A DNA stretch of 64,000 bases from Clostridia bacterium (GCA_045545475.1 JAZQAZ010000030.1:1-64000); one strand, 5' to 3'; shown: positions 37,686-48,352, counted from the first letter of the stretch. Notes: generated by a model not told the origin, from the sequence alone. Made by a program: numbers and translations.

Positions 37686-37828
37686 ATAATCATCCCCTTA
37701 TATCTCATATGGACATAACTAGTATATTATACTACCTTTTTCGACATTTGTCAAATCCAAGAGAATTATTGACATAAGTTTGTTTTTTAATTATAATATA
37801 TCTATTCATCTTTGAAAGGAAGGTTCGC

Positions 37829-39046
37829 ATGGAACGCTGTTTTCCTAAAGCAAAAATAACAAAAAAAGGGGAACTTGCCTTAAAAAGCGGTCACCCCTGG
37901 GTTTTCGATGCCGAAGTCAAGGAGGTTTCCGCCTCCTATGAAAACGGCGATTTAGTTGACGTTTTCTCCGAAAAGGACCGTTATCTTGGCACCGGATACA
38001 TAAATGACAACTCCAAAATCCGCATAAGACTCATTTCCCGAAACGCCAACGATAAATTCGATGAAGATTTTTACCGTCGCCGCATCCGCTGGGCGTTAGA
38101 GTACAGAAAGACAGTTATGGGAGAAGATTTTTCCGCTTGCCGTTTAATTTTCGGTGAAGCAGATATGTTTCCCGGCCTCACAGTGGATAAGTTTTCGGAC
38201 ATATTATCAGTTCAGGTTTTATCCCTCGGAACAGAACGTATAAAGGATATGCTCTTTAAGATACTTATCGAAACCCTAAAAGAAATGGGAGAACCGATAC
38301 GCGCCATATATGAGCGTAACGATGTTGCCATCCGTGAAAAAGAGGGCCTTACCCAATACAAGGGGTTCTATAAGTCAGAAGGACTTTCTGACAATCTTGA
38401 CGGCCATGTAAAAATAAACGAAAACGGCATCATTTATGATGTTGACTACATAAACGGACAAAAAACAGGCTTCTTTCTTGACCAGAAATATAATCGCCTT
38501 GCCATAAGAAAAATTGCTAAAGGCCGCCGTGTACTTGACTGTTTCACTCACACAGGTTCCTTTGCTCTCAATGCAGCAGCCGGCGGAGCGGAATATGTAA
38601 ATGCCGTGGATATTTCAGAGGAAGCCTTGTCAACAGCAAAGAAAAATGCAGAGCTTAATTCTCTTTCCCTTGATTTTACCAAGGCGGATGTGTTCGACTT
38701 ACTTACAGAAATGGAAAGCTCAAAAAAATGCGACTACGATTTCATAATTTTAGACCCTCCCGCCTTTACCAAGAGCAGTGCGACTGTTAAAAACGCTTAC
38801 TACGGATACAAAGAGATAAACAAAAAAGCAATGAAGCTACTTCCAAGGGGCGGTTATTTCGCAACCTGTTCCTGCTCTCATTTCATGAAAAACGAGTTAT
38901 TTGTAAAGATGCTTAAGGAGGCAGCAGCAGAGGCTTCTGTATCTCTCAGACAGATAGAATGTCGCCAGCAAAGCTCCGATCATCCTATTTTATGGAATGT
39001 TCCGGAAACGGATTACTTAAAGTTTTACATTTTCCAGATTGTATAA
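37829..39046 (+). CDS. RlmI-like SAM-dependent rRNA methyltransferase
   Basis: GHPWVF PUA domain, GQKTGFFLDQ, ILDPPAF. Confidence 0.85.
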   Translation: MERCFPKAKITKKGELALKSGHPWVFDAEVKEVSASYENGDLVDVFSEKDRYLGTGYINDNSKIRIRLISRNANDKFDEDFYRRRIRWALEYRKTVMGEDFSACRLIFGEADMFPGLTVDKFSDILSVQVLSLGTERIKDMLFKILIETLKEMGEPIRAIYERNDVAIREKEGLTQYKGFYKSEGLSDNLDGHVKINENGIIYDVDYINGQKTGFFLDQKYNRLAIRKIAKGRRVLDCFTHTGSFALNAAAGGAEYVNAVDISEEALSTAKKNAELNSLSLDFTKADVFDLLTEMESSKKCDYDFIILDPPAFTKSSATVKNAYYGYKEINKKAMKLLPRGGYFATCSCSHFMKNELFVKMLKEAAAEASVSLRQIECRQQSSDHPILWNVPETDYLKFYIFQIV

Positions 39047-39071
39047 AAAAACGAAGGAAATCCTTCGTTTT

Positions 39072-39512
39072 TTATTTTGTTATTCTGTCGAGCAGCTCGC
39101 AAAAAGCTTTTTTATAAGCTTCATCATCCGCTGCAGTTCTCTTCCTTGGCCCCTTTATCCTTTTACCGCTCCTAAGTGCTTTTTTTGCCTCATAACGGTC
39201 TGCAAGAAGAAAATCAATATTATCCGATGTATACAAAAGTCCATCCTGGCGGATGACATAAGCCCCTTTTGCAAGACACATGGACGCAAGACCGTAGTCC
39301 TGGGTTACCACAACATCTCCCGCATAAGCATTATTAGCTATCACGAAATCAGCACTGTCCGCACCCTTATCCACGGTAATGCACTCCGCATCTTCATGTC
39401 TGAATTCATGTGCTGTGTCAGAAAAAATCTTTACCTCTATTCCTCTTTTTACGCCTTCTTTCACCGTTATATCAGTGACAGGACAGCCATCTGCATCAAT
39501 TAAAATTTTCAC
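39072..39512 (-). CDS. YaiI/YqxD family (DUF188)
   Basis: ILIDADGCPV, DSAD, VVTQDYGLA. Confidence 0.9.
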   Translation of the reverse strand: MKILIDADGCPVTDITVKEGVKRGIEVKIFSDTAHEFRHEDAECITVDKGADSADFVIANNAYAGDVVVTQDYGLASMCLAKGAYVIRQDGLLYTSDNIDFLLADRYEAKKALRSGKRIKGPRKRTAADDEAYKKAFCELLDRITK

Positions 39513-39520
39513 GCTTCACC

Positions 39521-40444
39521 TCAGAAAAAGAACTCATATAATATATCAAGGTCCTCAGTATATCTTTCATCAAGGAAGAATTCAATAAGAAGATTTTTCG
39601 CTTCTTTTCTGTATTCTTTCTGCATTTTTCTGTACACTTTCTTTGATTCGGATGCTGCCGTTTTATAATCATATGCAGGATCCGCAAGATAATTTTCCAT
39701 GTTAGCAGCTATCAATTCAAACAAACCCTTTATTTCAGCCACTTCCGTTCTGTACACAAGATCCTGACGTATTGCCGTAATGACCCTTATAAGTCTTCCT
39801 TCAAGTTCCTTACGCTCGACGGAATTTAAGTTAAACTCCGGAACATCCGGAAGCTCCGATAATACAAACTGAGAAAGTATGACACAAGCTTCTTCCCTTG
39901 TAATTTCTTCAGTCGCTCTAAAGAACCCGTTTTCGTCGGTTTCGATAAGAAAATTCGAAAGCATTTTCTTTACGCTTTCTTCCGCCCATGGAGATACTGC
40001 ATCATTCAAGGTTACTTCCACAGGAAGCATTGTAAAGCTCATAATATTATCAAGCATAACGCAAACCTGTTCACGGGTAAGTAAGTCATCAGGCCCGAAA
40101 AGAGAATTTCCGTAGCCTTTTATATACCCTGCGTTAACTGCAATCGCAACATCTTCATAATACCAGGCATCTTCAGATACATCAGAAAAATCAATTTCCG
40201 TCTTGGTTTCGTACATAAACACTCTATTTATTATTTTTACGGCCTGAGCACGTGTCAATGTGTCATCCGGACCAAAGAATCCATTTCCGTAGCCTGATAT
40301 TATTCCTTTTTCGCTCATGGCATAAATTGCTTTTCCGCCCACCGTCTGAGTGTCCACATCATAAAACTTAACATTGGCACAGACACTTACAACCAAAATG
40401 CACGCCAAAGTCAGTAATGCCGTTATTTTTTTCATGATATTCAT
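39521..40444 (-). CDS. S-layer homology (SLH) domain protein
   Basis: Signal peptide; three SLH repeats (FGPDDTLTRAQ, FGPDDLLTREQ, ITREE). Confidence 0.85.
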   Translation of the reverse strand: MNIMKKITALLTLACILVVSVCANVKFYDVDTQTVGGKAIYAMSEKGIISGYGNGFFGPDDTLTRAQAVKIINRVFMYETKTEIDFSDVSEDAWYYEDVAIAVNAGYIKGYGNSLFGPDDLLTREQVCVMLDNIMSFTMLPVEVTLNDAVSPWAEESVKKMLSNFLIETDENGFFRATEEITREEACVILSQFVLSELPDVPEFNLNSVERKELEGRLIRVITAIRQDLVYRTEVAEIKGLFELIAANMENYLADPAYDYKTAASESKKVYRKMQKEYRKEAKNLLIEFFLDERYTEDLDILYEFFF

Positions 40445-40451
40445 TCCTTTA

Positions 40452-41216
40452 TTATTTCAAAATGCTCATATAGTCTGCCTTTTTCGCAGCCTTTTCAGAA
40501 TTGTATGCCTGTCTTATTACGCCAATCACCGAAATATCCGCTCCCGCTTCCGTAAGCTCAGTTTTCATTTCGGCAAGGAGTGATTCCACCTGGCTGTCGC
40601 ACTCGCTTTCAAGACTTAAAGCGTAATTTATATATTTGCTTGCAAAAGATGCTTTCGAAAGACTTTTCTTTTGTTCCTTTGTCAATGCAGAATAATCGCT
40701 TTTTGCCTGGGATTCAATGCTTCCCAGCTGTCCCAGATAATACGCTTTAAGACTGTAAAACTTAGCGGTATACCTTTTTATTATATCACTTCCCGGATTT
40801 TTTTCCTTCGCTTTATCTTTTGAATCCGCTTTATCAGAATTCTCTTCATTTACCGCAGAAGTTTTATTTTCTTCTGGCACGTCAGCAGAAGGTTCTTCAT
40901 TTTCTTCAATTAAAGTACCCTCATTTTCCTCAACAGAAGGTTCTTCTCCCAAAAGCAATTCAACAGCTTCATCCACCGTAATTTCTCCGCTTGCTATTTT
41001 TTCTTCTTCTTCAGGAGTAAAATTTCTCGGCATATCTTCACCGTATTCTTTTATTTTATCCTCAAGATCCTTTCTGTTATTTTCTATAATCTGCTCTACA
41101 CCGGCTTTATCATTAGTCATAAACAGATATAATGCCTTTATATTGTTTCTCTGCCAAAAACACAAGGCCACAATTAAAGCTATTGCTACCAGTAAAGCAA
41201 TCATCCATTTTTTCAT
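40452..41216 (-). CDS. membrane-anchored hypothetical protein
   Basis: N-terminal TM, acidic linker, helical C-terminus. Confidence 0.65.
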   Translation of the reverse strand: MKKWMIALLVAIALIVALCFWQRNNIKALYLFMTNDKAGVEQIIENNRKDLEDKIKEYGEDMPRNFTPEEEEKIASGEITVDEAVELLLGEEPSVEENEGTLIEENEEPSADVPEENKTSAVNEENSDKADSKDKAKEKNPGSDIIKRYTAKFYSLKAYYLGQLGSIESQAKSDYSALTKEQKKSLSKASFASKYINYALSLESECDSQVESLLAEMKTELTEAGADISVIGVIRQAYNSEKAAKKADYMSILK

Positions 41217-41395
41217 AAAACTAACCCTTTCCAGAAATCTTATATATTATACAGTATACCACTTTAGAGGCTCCCCGTCAATACAAGTGATTTTAAATTT
41301 AATTAGCCTCTTTACAAAATTCTCTTTTTGTTATATAATATAATCGATAATTTATGATATATCAAAATACTATCAATACCAATTGGGGTGATTTT

Positions 41396-42157
41396 TTGGA
41401 ACTCAACATAAGACAACTCTTCTTTATCATTTTGAAAAAATTGCCGATCATAATATCTTGCGGACTGGTCTTAGCATTATTGATGTTCTTGTACTCAACA
41501 TTTATGGTGACTCCACTTTACACATCTTCCGCAATGCTTTCAATTCAGGCAAGTGAAAACCGTGGAGACTACAAATCAGTTACCACCGCCGACTATACCG
41601 TTTCGGTAGAATTGGTTTCAACCATCTCAGAATTAATTAAAAATGATTCTTGCCTAAATATCGTCAGCAACATTTCAGAACTTAACCGATATTATAGTCT
41701 TTGGCAATTAAGAAACATGGTATCAATATCTTCAAGTGGAACAGAAAACTTTAATATAAAAGTTTCTTGTCCTAACCCGGAACATTCATTGCTTTTAGTA
41801 AACGCCTTTGCCGATGTTGTGTCCGATTCCTCTTTTGTTAACGGAAATATTGTAAACGCAGATGACAAGGATCCCAACAGAGGATACATCAAAAAAATAC
41901 TTAAAGCCGGTACCGTAACCTTAATTTCCGGAGCAAAATCTGTTCCGCTCAGACCTTCTTCACCAAATGTGCCAAGAAACACTTTCTTGGGATTTTTGGT
42001 TGGGTTTGCATTGGCTTGTGCTTTTTTCATAATCAAGGACTTATTCAGCAGCAAAGTTCTTACAGAAGATGATATCGAAACATTATTACCGGATCTCCCA
42101 TCTCTCGGAACTGTACCGGTAATTAATAACTCTCCGAAGGGAAGTGAGTACAGATGA
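41396..42157 (+). CDS. Wzz/CpsC-like polysaccharide co-polymerase (BY-kinase modulator)
   Basis: Two TMs, TPLYTSSA, PSSPN, LGTVP. Confidence 0.8.
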   Translation: MELNIRQLFFIILKKLPIIISCGLVLALLMFLYSTFMVTPLYTSSAMLSIQASENRGDYKSVTTADYTVSVELVSTISELIKNDSCLNIVSNISELNRYYSLWQLRNMVSISSSGTENFNIKVSCPNPEHSLLLVNAFADVVSDSSFVNGNIVNADDKDPNRGYIKKILKAGTVTLISGAKSVPLRPSSPNVPRNTFLGFLVGFALACAFFIIKDLFSSKVLTEDDIETLLPDLPSLGTVPVINNSPKGSEYR

Positions 42158-42924
42158 AAATGACATCTAAAACAAAGGCATCATCTCATTCATCTAAATC
42201 ACTTGTCCCTAATTGTGATTTTTTGACAAACGAATCGTACAAAGCAATAAGAACAAACATTTTACATTTATTAAAAGACTTCGAATCCAAAATTATTTTA
42301 ATAACTAGTCCTTATGCAAGTGCCGGCAAAACAACCTCAACAGCAAATCTTGCCATAACTTTTTCACAACTTGGGCAAAAAGTGCTTGTTGTTGATGCTG
42401 ATATGCGTAAATCCGCATTACACAGATTGTTCTCTATGTCTTCAACTCCCGGTCTTTCAAATGTACTTACCGGAACAAATCATACCGAGGTTATAAAAAA
42501 GACTCCATATGACAATCTTTATCTTCTTCCCGCAGGAGCCGTTCCTCAGAATCCATCTGAACTTTTACACTCCGAAAGATTTTCTGAGTTGCTTAAAACA
42601 CTTTCATCAGAATATGATTGTATTTTCATAGATACCCCCCCCGTTGATGCTGTAACCGATGCAGTTATAATAAGCCAGCAAACTACCGGCACATTACTTG
42701 TCATCAGACAGAACTCAACAGAAAAAGACGCTTTAATACGTACTGTAAACACATTAAACAATGTAAAAGCCAATATTTTAGGATATATATTGAACGCTGT
42801 TGACTACGATAAATTTTCTTACAGGTACGGTCACTATTACGGAAGATACGGAGGCAAATACTCCTCCAAGTATTATAGTTATTCAACAGATAATACAGAA
42901 AGAAATACTCACGAAGAAGAATAA
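42154..42924 (+). CDS. CpsD/CapB-family bacterial tyrosine kinase
   Basis: ESYKAIRTN, GKTT Walker A, VDADMR, IDTPP, C-terminal Tyr cluster. Confidence 0.9.
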   Translation: MKMTSKTKASSHSSKSLVPNCDFLTNESYKAIRTNILHLLKDFESKIILITSPYASAGKTTSTANLAITFSQLGQKVLVVDADMRKSALHRLFSMSSTPGLSNVLTGTNHTEVIKKTPYDNLYLLPAGAVPQNPSELLHSERFSELLKTLSSEYDCIFIDTPPVDAVTDAVIISQQTTGTLLVIRQNSTEKDALIRTVNTLNNVKANILGYILNAVDYDKFSYRYGHYYGRYGGKYSSKYYSYSTDNTERNTHEEE

Positions 42925-42927
42925 ACA

Positions 42928-42958
42928 AAAAGGCTTCAGCCAACGGCTGAAGCCTTTT
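42928..42958. terminator. bidirectional terminator
   Basis: AAAGGCTTCAGCC-AAC-GGCTGAAGCCTTT between convergent genes. Confidence 0.8.
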
Positions 42959-42960
42959 TA

Positions 42961-45060
42961 TCATATTCTGAAAAGCAAATCACAGTATGTGGGATAGGGC
43001 CAGATATTTTCCGACACATTTGCCTCAATTTCATCTGCAACGCATCTTAATTCTTCCATAGGCAGTACAACTTTTTCTCTGTAAGCTGTAGCCTTTTTTG
43101 AAATATCTCCATCCATACTTCTTACTTTTTCCACTGCATATTCCAGTAAAGCAACCTTTTCATACAGTTCGTCAGTCAAAGCCGAAAGTTTCTTTACAAG
43201 ACCAATTTCCGTTTTGCAGGAAAGTCCCGCCACAAGTTTCCTCTTTTCGAGAGCCCCTTCTGAAAGCTTAGCTGTATATTTCGTAACCGCAGGAAGCACT
43301 TCCTTTCTTATCATATCAATCATGGTAAGAGCTTCAATATTTACGGTTTTGCAGTAATTTTCAAGAATAATTTCACATCTAGAAGTAATTTCTCTTTCAG
43401 TGTAAATGTTGTGCTTTGTAAAAAGTGCAACATTTTTTTCATCTGTAAAATGAGGAATTGCTTCCGGCGTTGAAGGATAGTTGCTGAGGCCCCTTTTCTT
43501 TGCTTCTTCCTTCCACTCTTTAGAATAATTATTGCCGTTAAATATTATTCTTCTGTGTTCTCTGTATGTACGGCGGATTATTCTTCTTACCGCTCTTCCG
43601 AAATCGTCATCCTCGCTATTTTCAAGTTCATCCGCAAACTGCTCCAGTTCCTCTGCCACAATCGTATTGAGTATTGTGTTCGGGCCGGCAATGGAAAAAG
43701 ATGAGCCCGGCATTCTGAATTCAAATTTATTACCCGTAAAAGCAAAGGGGCTCGTTCTGTTTCTGTCTGTTGTATCCTTCTGAAAGGTAGGAAGTACATG
43801 AACGCCAACTTCCATATTCTTTTTAGCTTCTTCGCCGTATTCGGCGTGCTTTTCGATGGATTCAAGTATTCCCAAGAGCTGATCTCCAAGGAACATGGAA
43901 ACTATGGCAGGAGGTGCTTCTGCCGCACCGAGACGGTGGTCGTTACCTGCACTTGCCACGGTTATACGAAGAAGATCCTGATATTCGTCAACAGCCTTTA
44001 TTACCGCACTTAAAATAAGTAAAAATCTAAGGTTAGTCTGCGGAAGCTTTCCAGGTTCAAGCAGGTTTATTCCGGTATCTGTGGATATTGACCAGTTATT
44101 ATGCTTACCGCTTCCGTTTACGCCAAGAAAAGGCTTTTCGTGAAGAAGGCAAACCAGATTGTGTTTCGCCGCAGTCTTCTTCATTACCTCCATGGTAAGC
44201 TGATTGTGATCCGTCGCAAGGTTAACATCGGAATAGATTGGTGCAAGCTCATGCTGTGCAGGTGCTGCTTCGTTGTGTTTTGTTTTGGCAAGCACACCAA
44301 GCTTCCAGAGCTCTTCATCAAGTTCCTTCATGAAGGATGCAACCCTCGGCTTTATTGCTCCGAAATAATGGTCATCCATTTCCTGCCCCTTGGGGGGCTT
44401 AGCTCCCAGTATTGTACGACCGGTATACATTAAATCCTTACGCTTTTCGTAAAGATCCTTATCTATAAGAAAATATTCCTGTTCGGGGCCTACAGTTACC
44501 CTTACGTTTTTCGCTGTATCATCTCCAAAGAGGCGAACAATTCTCATTGCCTGTTTGTTTATTTCTTCGACCGAACGAAGAAGTGGGGTTTTTTTATCAA
44601 GAGCCTCTCCGCCGTAGGAATAAAAGGCCGTAGGAATACAAAGAGTGTTATCCTTTATAAACGCATAAGACGTGGGATCCCACGAGGTATATCCCCTTGC
44701 TTCAAAGGTTGCTCTAATTCCGCCGGAGGGAAAGCTAGATGCATCAGGCTCACCCTTTATAAGCTCCTTGCCTGAAAACTCCATGATAATTTCACCCGGG
44801 CCTGCAGGCGTTATAAAACTGTCGTGCTTTTCCGCAGTAACGCCGGTCATAGGCTGAAACCAGTGGGTGTAGTGAGTGGCCCCTTTTTCAATTGCCCAAT
44901 CCTTCATGGCACTTGCCACAACGCTTGCAATATCCAAAGTAAGGCCTTCTCCGTCTTCGATGGACTTTTTAAGTTTTACATATGTCTCCTCCGGGAGCCT
45001 TTCTTTCATAACTCTGTCATTGAAAACCAGACTTCCGAAAATTTCAGGAATGTTCATCAA
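42961..45060 (-). CDS. glnA: glutamine synthetase type III
   Basis: ~700 aa; HWFQP, EPDASSFP, NGSGKHNNWS, DRNRTSPFAFTGNKFEFR. Confidence 0.95.
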   Translation of the reverse strand: MMNIPEIFGSLVFNDRVMKERLPEETYVKLKKSIEDGEGLTLDIASVVASAMKDWAIEKGATHYTHWFQPMTGVTAEKHDSFITPAGPGEIIMEFSGKELIKGEPDASSFPSGGIRATFEARGYTSWDPTSYAFIKDNTLCIPTAFYSYGGEALDKKTPLLRSVEEINKQAMRIVRLFGDDTAKNVRVTVGPEQEYFLIDKDLYEKRKDLMYTGRTILGAKPPKGQEMDDHYFGAIKPRVASFMKELDEELWKLGVLAKTKHNEAAPAQHELAPIYSDVNLATDHNQLTMEVMKKTAAKHNLVCLLHEKPFLGVNGSGKHNNWSISTDTGINLLEPGKLPQTNLRFLLILSAVIKAVDEYQDLLRITVASAGNDHRLGAAEAPPAIVSMFLGDQLLGILESIEKHAEYGEEAKKNMEVGVHVLPTFQKDTTDRNRTSPFAFTGNKFEFRMPGSSFSIAGPNTILNTIVAEELEQFADELENSEDDDFGRAVRRIIRRTYREHRRIIFNGNNYSKEWKEEAKKRGLSNYPSTPEAIPHFTDEKNVALFTKHNIYTEREITSRCEIILENYCKTVNIEALTMIDMIRKEVLPAVTKYTAKLSEGALEKRKLVAGLSCKTEIGLVKKLSALTDELYEKVALLEYAVEKVRSMDGDISKKATAYREKVVLPMEELRCVADEIEANVSENIWPYPTYCDLLFRI

Positions 45061-45080
45061 ACCAATCCTTCCTATAGGTC

Positions 45081-45551
45081 TTATTCGTTTATATCGGGTT
45101 TGTTGCGTATCAACGCTTCCAGCTCGTCGATAAACGAGCTCACGTCCTGGAATCTTCTGTATACTGACGCAAAGCGTACATAGGCAATGTCATTAATGTC
45201 TTTTAGCTTTTCCATAACCATTTCACCAATCTGTCTTGATGTAATTTCCTTGGTCATGGAATTGTAAATTTCAACCTCAATATCTTCAGCAATTTTCTCT
45301 GCTTCTTTTACCGATACCTCAGTTTTATCGCAGGCACGAAGGATTCCTGTAAGTATTTTCTCGCGGGAGAAAAGCTCTCTCTTTCCGCCATTTTTAACCA
45401 CCATTACAGGAACGTGCTCAACCTTCTCATAGGTAGTAAAACGTCTGTCGCAGGAAAGGCACACTCTTCTTCGCCTTACCGTTGTATTTTCGTCTGTATC
45501 ACGGGTGTCAAGAACTTTTGTTTCTTCATATCCGCAAAAAGGACAAATCAT
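45081..45551 (-). CDS. nrdR: transcriptional repressor NrdR
   Basis: CPFC...RRRRVC..C..RFTTYE, ATP cone, AYVRFASVY. Confidence 0.96.
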   Translation of the reverse strand: MICPFCGYEETKVLDTRDTDENTTVRRRRVCLSCDRRFTTYEKVEHVPVMVVKNGGKRELFSREKILTGILRACDKTEVSVKEAEKIAEDIEVEIYNSMTKEITSRQIGEMVMEKLKDINDIAYVRFASVYRRFQDVSSFIDELEALIRNKPDINE

Positions 45552-45570
45552 TTTTTCTTCCTCCGTTATT

Positions 45571-46005
45571 TTATTTCTCGAAACTTGAAATTATGTCTAT
45601 TCTTCCCTGATGTCTTCCTCCCTGAAATTCTGCCGAAAGCCATGAATCAACAATATCAGCCGCAAGTTCTGTTCCTGTTACTCTGCCTCCTAGTGCAATT
45701 ATATTTGCATTGTTATGCTCCTTTGTGAGTCTTGCAGAGAAGGAATCACGGACAAGTGCACATCTTATTCCGTCAAACTTGTTTGCCGCAATGGATATGC
45801 CGATTCCGGTTCCGCAGCAAAGAATTCCGCCTTCGGCCTCGCCTGACTGAACCGCTTTTGCTACCTTTTCAGCATAAACAGGATAATCAACGCTGTCTTC
45901 GGAATACGTTCCGAAGTCCTTAACCTCTATTCCTTTTTTTTCAAGATGCTTCTTCAAAAATTCCTTGAGCTGGTATCCGCCGTGGTCACAACCTAATGCT
46001 AACAT
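45571..46005 (-). CDS. rpiB: ribose-5-phosphate isomerase B
   Basis: GCDHGG, CGTGIG, HNNAN, GGRH. Confidence 0.93.
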   Translation of the reverse strand: MLALGCDHGGYQLKEFLKKHLEKKGIEVKDFGTYSEDSVDYPVYAEKVAKAVQSGEAEGGILCCGTGIGISIAANKFDGIRCALVRDSFSARLTKEHNNANIIALGGRVTGTELAADIVDSWLSAEFQGGRHQGRIDIISSFEK

Positions 46006-46700
46006 TAAAATCCATCCTTTCCGTTATTTCTTTCGTTATATTCTCTCTCTGCCTGAGAGAGTCTTAAGTAGCAGGGATTTAATTCATCGGGATTTACCCC
46101 TGCTTCATTTTGTGCAAGATAAGTAAGAGTTGATGCCTTTGCCGCACAAAGTTGGGGCGGTGCAAAAAATGCAAGATTGCCGAGTTTTTCGGTGAAAAAC
46201 TCACGGAAGGGTTTTACCCCGTCACCTATGAAAATAACGCTTTCCTTTATCTCTTCTGCCAGTTCTTCCGCAGATATGGCACGGGGAGCTTTAATTTCCT
46301 TGAGTTTCCCGTCTTCCCATTTATACATTGCATTATATACCTGATTACGCCTTGCATCCATTATCGGACAGATGATTTTATCCGCAAAAGGCAAATTTCC
46401 CGCAAGTGCTTTTAAGGTTGAAATGCCGCATACCTTTTTTCCGCATCCGTAAGCCAGGGTTTTTGCAACCGTAACACCTATCCTAAGTCCCGAAAATGAA
46501 CCGGGGCCCTCTGTCACAGCAAAAAGGTCAATATCTGAAATGGTAAGTCCTGCCTTTTTAAGGGCACTTTCTGCCATGGGCAAAAGCGTTACGGAATGTG
46601 TAAGACCGTTTTGCGAAAATTCTTCCGCCTTAAGTACGCCGTCGGACATAACTGCGGCACTTGCCGCCACAGCCGAGGATTCTATTGCCAGTATATTCAA
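46005..46700 (-). CDS. tsaB: tRNA t6A biosynthesis protein TsaB
   Basis: ILAIESS, GPGSFSGLRIG, MDARR. Confidence 0.93.
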   Translation of the reverse strand: MNILAIESSAVAASAAVMSDGVLKAEEFSQNGLTHSVTLLPMAESALKKAGLTISDIDLFAVTEGPGSFSGLRIGVTVAKTLAYGCGKKVCGISTLKALAGNLPFADKIICPIMDARRNQVYNAMYKWEDGKLKEIKAPRAISAEELAEEIKESVIFIGDGVKPFREFFTEKLGNLAFFAPPQLCAAKASTLTYLAQNEAGVNPDELNPCYLRLSQAEREYNERNNGKDGF

Positions 46701-47119
46701 ACTTCCTTCACCTCAATTATACGGGTATTATCGTCTTCCCCATAGGTTATATGTATTTCAATCGCATCAGACGGCATCAGGTCAAGAAAGGCGTCGGGCC
46801 ATTCAATAACTCTTACCGTATTATCAGAAAAATACTCCTCAAAGCCAATGTCAAAAAGTTCTTCTTCGCTTTCTATTCTGTATAGGTCAAAATGATATAT
46901 CTTTTTATCTCCCGAATATTCATGAACTAAAGTAAACGTAGGACTTGATACTCGTGCGGATGCCCCGTATCCCCTTGCAAGGCCTCTTGTAAAAGCAGTT
47001 TTCCCTGCACCTAAATTACCGAAAAGCAAGAATGTAGGATTATTTTCATATTTCTTTGCCAGTTCACAGGCAAAGTTTTCCGTTTCTGTTTCGCTTTTTG
47101 AAATAAAATACATTTTCAT
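46697..47119 (-). CDS. tsaE: tRNA t6A biosynthesis ATPase TsaE
   Basis: GNLGAGKT, SPTF, HFDLYR, IEW. Confidence 0.93.
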   Translation of the reverse strand: MKMYFISKSETETENFACELAKKYENNPTFLLFGNLGAGKTAFTRGLARGYGASARVSSPTFTLVHEYSGDKKIYHFDLYRIESEEELFDIGFEEYFSDNTVRVIEWPDAFLDLMPSDAIEIHITYGEDDNTRIIEVKEV

Positions 47120-47222
47120 CATCCTAAAATTATAGCTAATTTATCATATTATATCACAAGAAGTAAAGCTTTTCAATAGAAGATATGAAAAAAATCGCCT
47201 GCAGAGCAAGCGATTTTTTTCA

Positions 47223-47933
47223 CTAATTCATAAATTTTTCAAGCTTTTCCTTTGCCTTTTTTTCAATACGGGATACCTGCACCTGACTTATTCCCATAAA
47301 GTCGGCAATGGTGCTTTGCGTCATACTTCTGAAATAACGCATCAGTATAACGCTCCTTTCTTTTTTTGAAAGAGATGAAAGTCCCTCACTTATTGCCATT
47401 TTAAGAAGTGCTTCATCTTCGGGAGAGCCTTTGTCAGACAGCTTATCCAAAAGCATTTCCCCGCTTTCGGAGTCAGTTTCCTCATATATGCTTTTAACTC
47501 CGCTTGATGCTTCAAGAGCCAAAATAAGTCTGTCCTCTTCCACCGAAAGCCGTCTTGAAAGTTCCTTTATTGTAGGACTTTTTTCGTTTTCCGCCTCCAT
47601 TTTTGCTTTTTCCGCCATTGCACGAGCCCCCAGTTCTTTAAGTCCCCGACTGACCTTTATGGGGCCGTCATCTCTCAAAAACTTTCTGATTTCTCCCATA
47701 ATAAGCGGAACGGCATAAGTAGAAAAGCGAACATCATAGCTGTCGGAAAAACGGTCCACCGCTTTAATAAGCCCCACAGCTCCTATCTGGCATAAATCTT
47801 CAAACTCGTAACCACGCCCGAGAAACCTGGAAGCTATGCTATGTACAAGACCCATGTTATCGCAAATAAGCTTATCCCTGGCCTCCGAATCTCCCTCGCT
47901 TTTAAGCCTTAATAGTCTTTCGTTTTCTGTCAT
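47223..47933 (-). CDS. sigF: sporulation sigma factor F
   Basis: FSTYAVP, RDDGPIKVSR, SQVQVSRIEK; third gene of the spoIIA operon. Confidence 0.92.
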   Translation of the reverse strand: MTENERLLRLKSEGDSEARDKLICDNMGLVHSIASRFLGRGYEFEDLCQIGAVGLIKAVDRFSDSYDVRFSTYAVPLIMGEIRKFLRDDGPIKVSRGLKELGARAMAEKAKMEAENEKSPTIKELSRRLSVEEDRLILALEASSGVKSIYEETDSESGEMLLDKLSDKGSPEDEALLKMAISEGLSSLSKKERSVILMRYFRSMTQSTIADFMGISQVQVSRIEKKAKEKLEKFMN

Positions 47934-48352
47934 AGCTTTTTAATCATAACCACCTTCGTGCCTTCCATAGGCTTTGAGTAAACCTCCACTGAATCCATGA
48001 AATTTTCCATTACGGTAAAACCCATTCCGCTTCGTTCGTGTTCCGGTTTTGTGGTAAAAAGCGGCGTTCTCGCCATGGCAATATCCGATATTCCCCTGCC
48101 CTTGTCCTCCACCGTTACCGTAACGATTTTTTCTTTCCAGCCGCATGTCAATGTAACATATCCCGTTACTCCCTCATAGCCGTGAACTATAGCATTTGTC
48201 ACTGCCTCCGATACTGCGGTTTTTATTTCCGCCACGGCGTCAATGGTGGGATCAAGCTGAGAAATAAAAGCAGAAACCGCCATTCTGGCAAACCCCTCGT
48301 TTGCCGATTTACTTAAAAAATCAATTCTCATAAAATTATCCAATTTCTTCAC
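47930..48352 (-). CDS. spoIIAB: anti-sigma F factor
   Basis: KTAVSEAVTNAIVHGY, ERSGMGF. Confidence 0.95.
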   Translation of the reverse strand: MKKLDNFMRIDFLSKSANEGFARMAVSAFISQLDPTIDAVAEIKTAVSEAVTNAIVHGYEGVTGYVTLTCGWKEKIVTVTVEDKGRGISDIAMARTPLFTTKPEHERSGMGFTVMENFMDSVEVYSKPMEGTKVVMIKKL

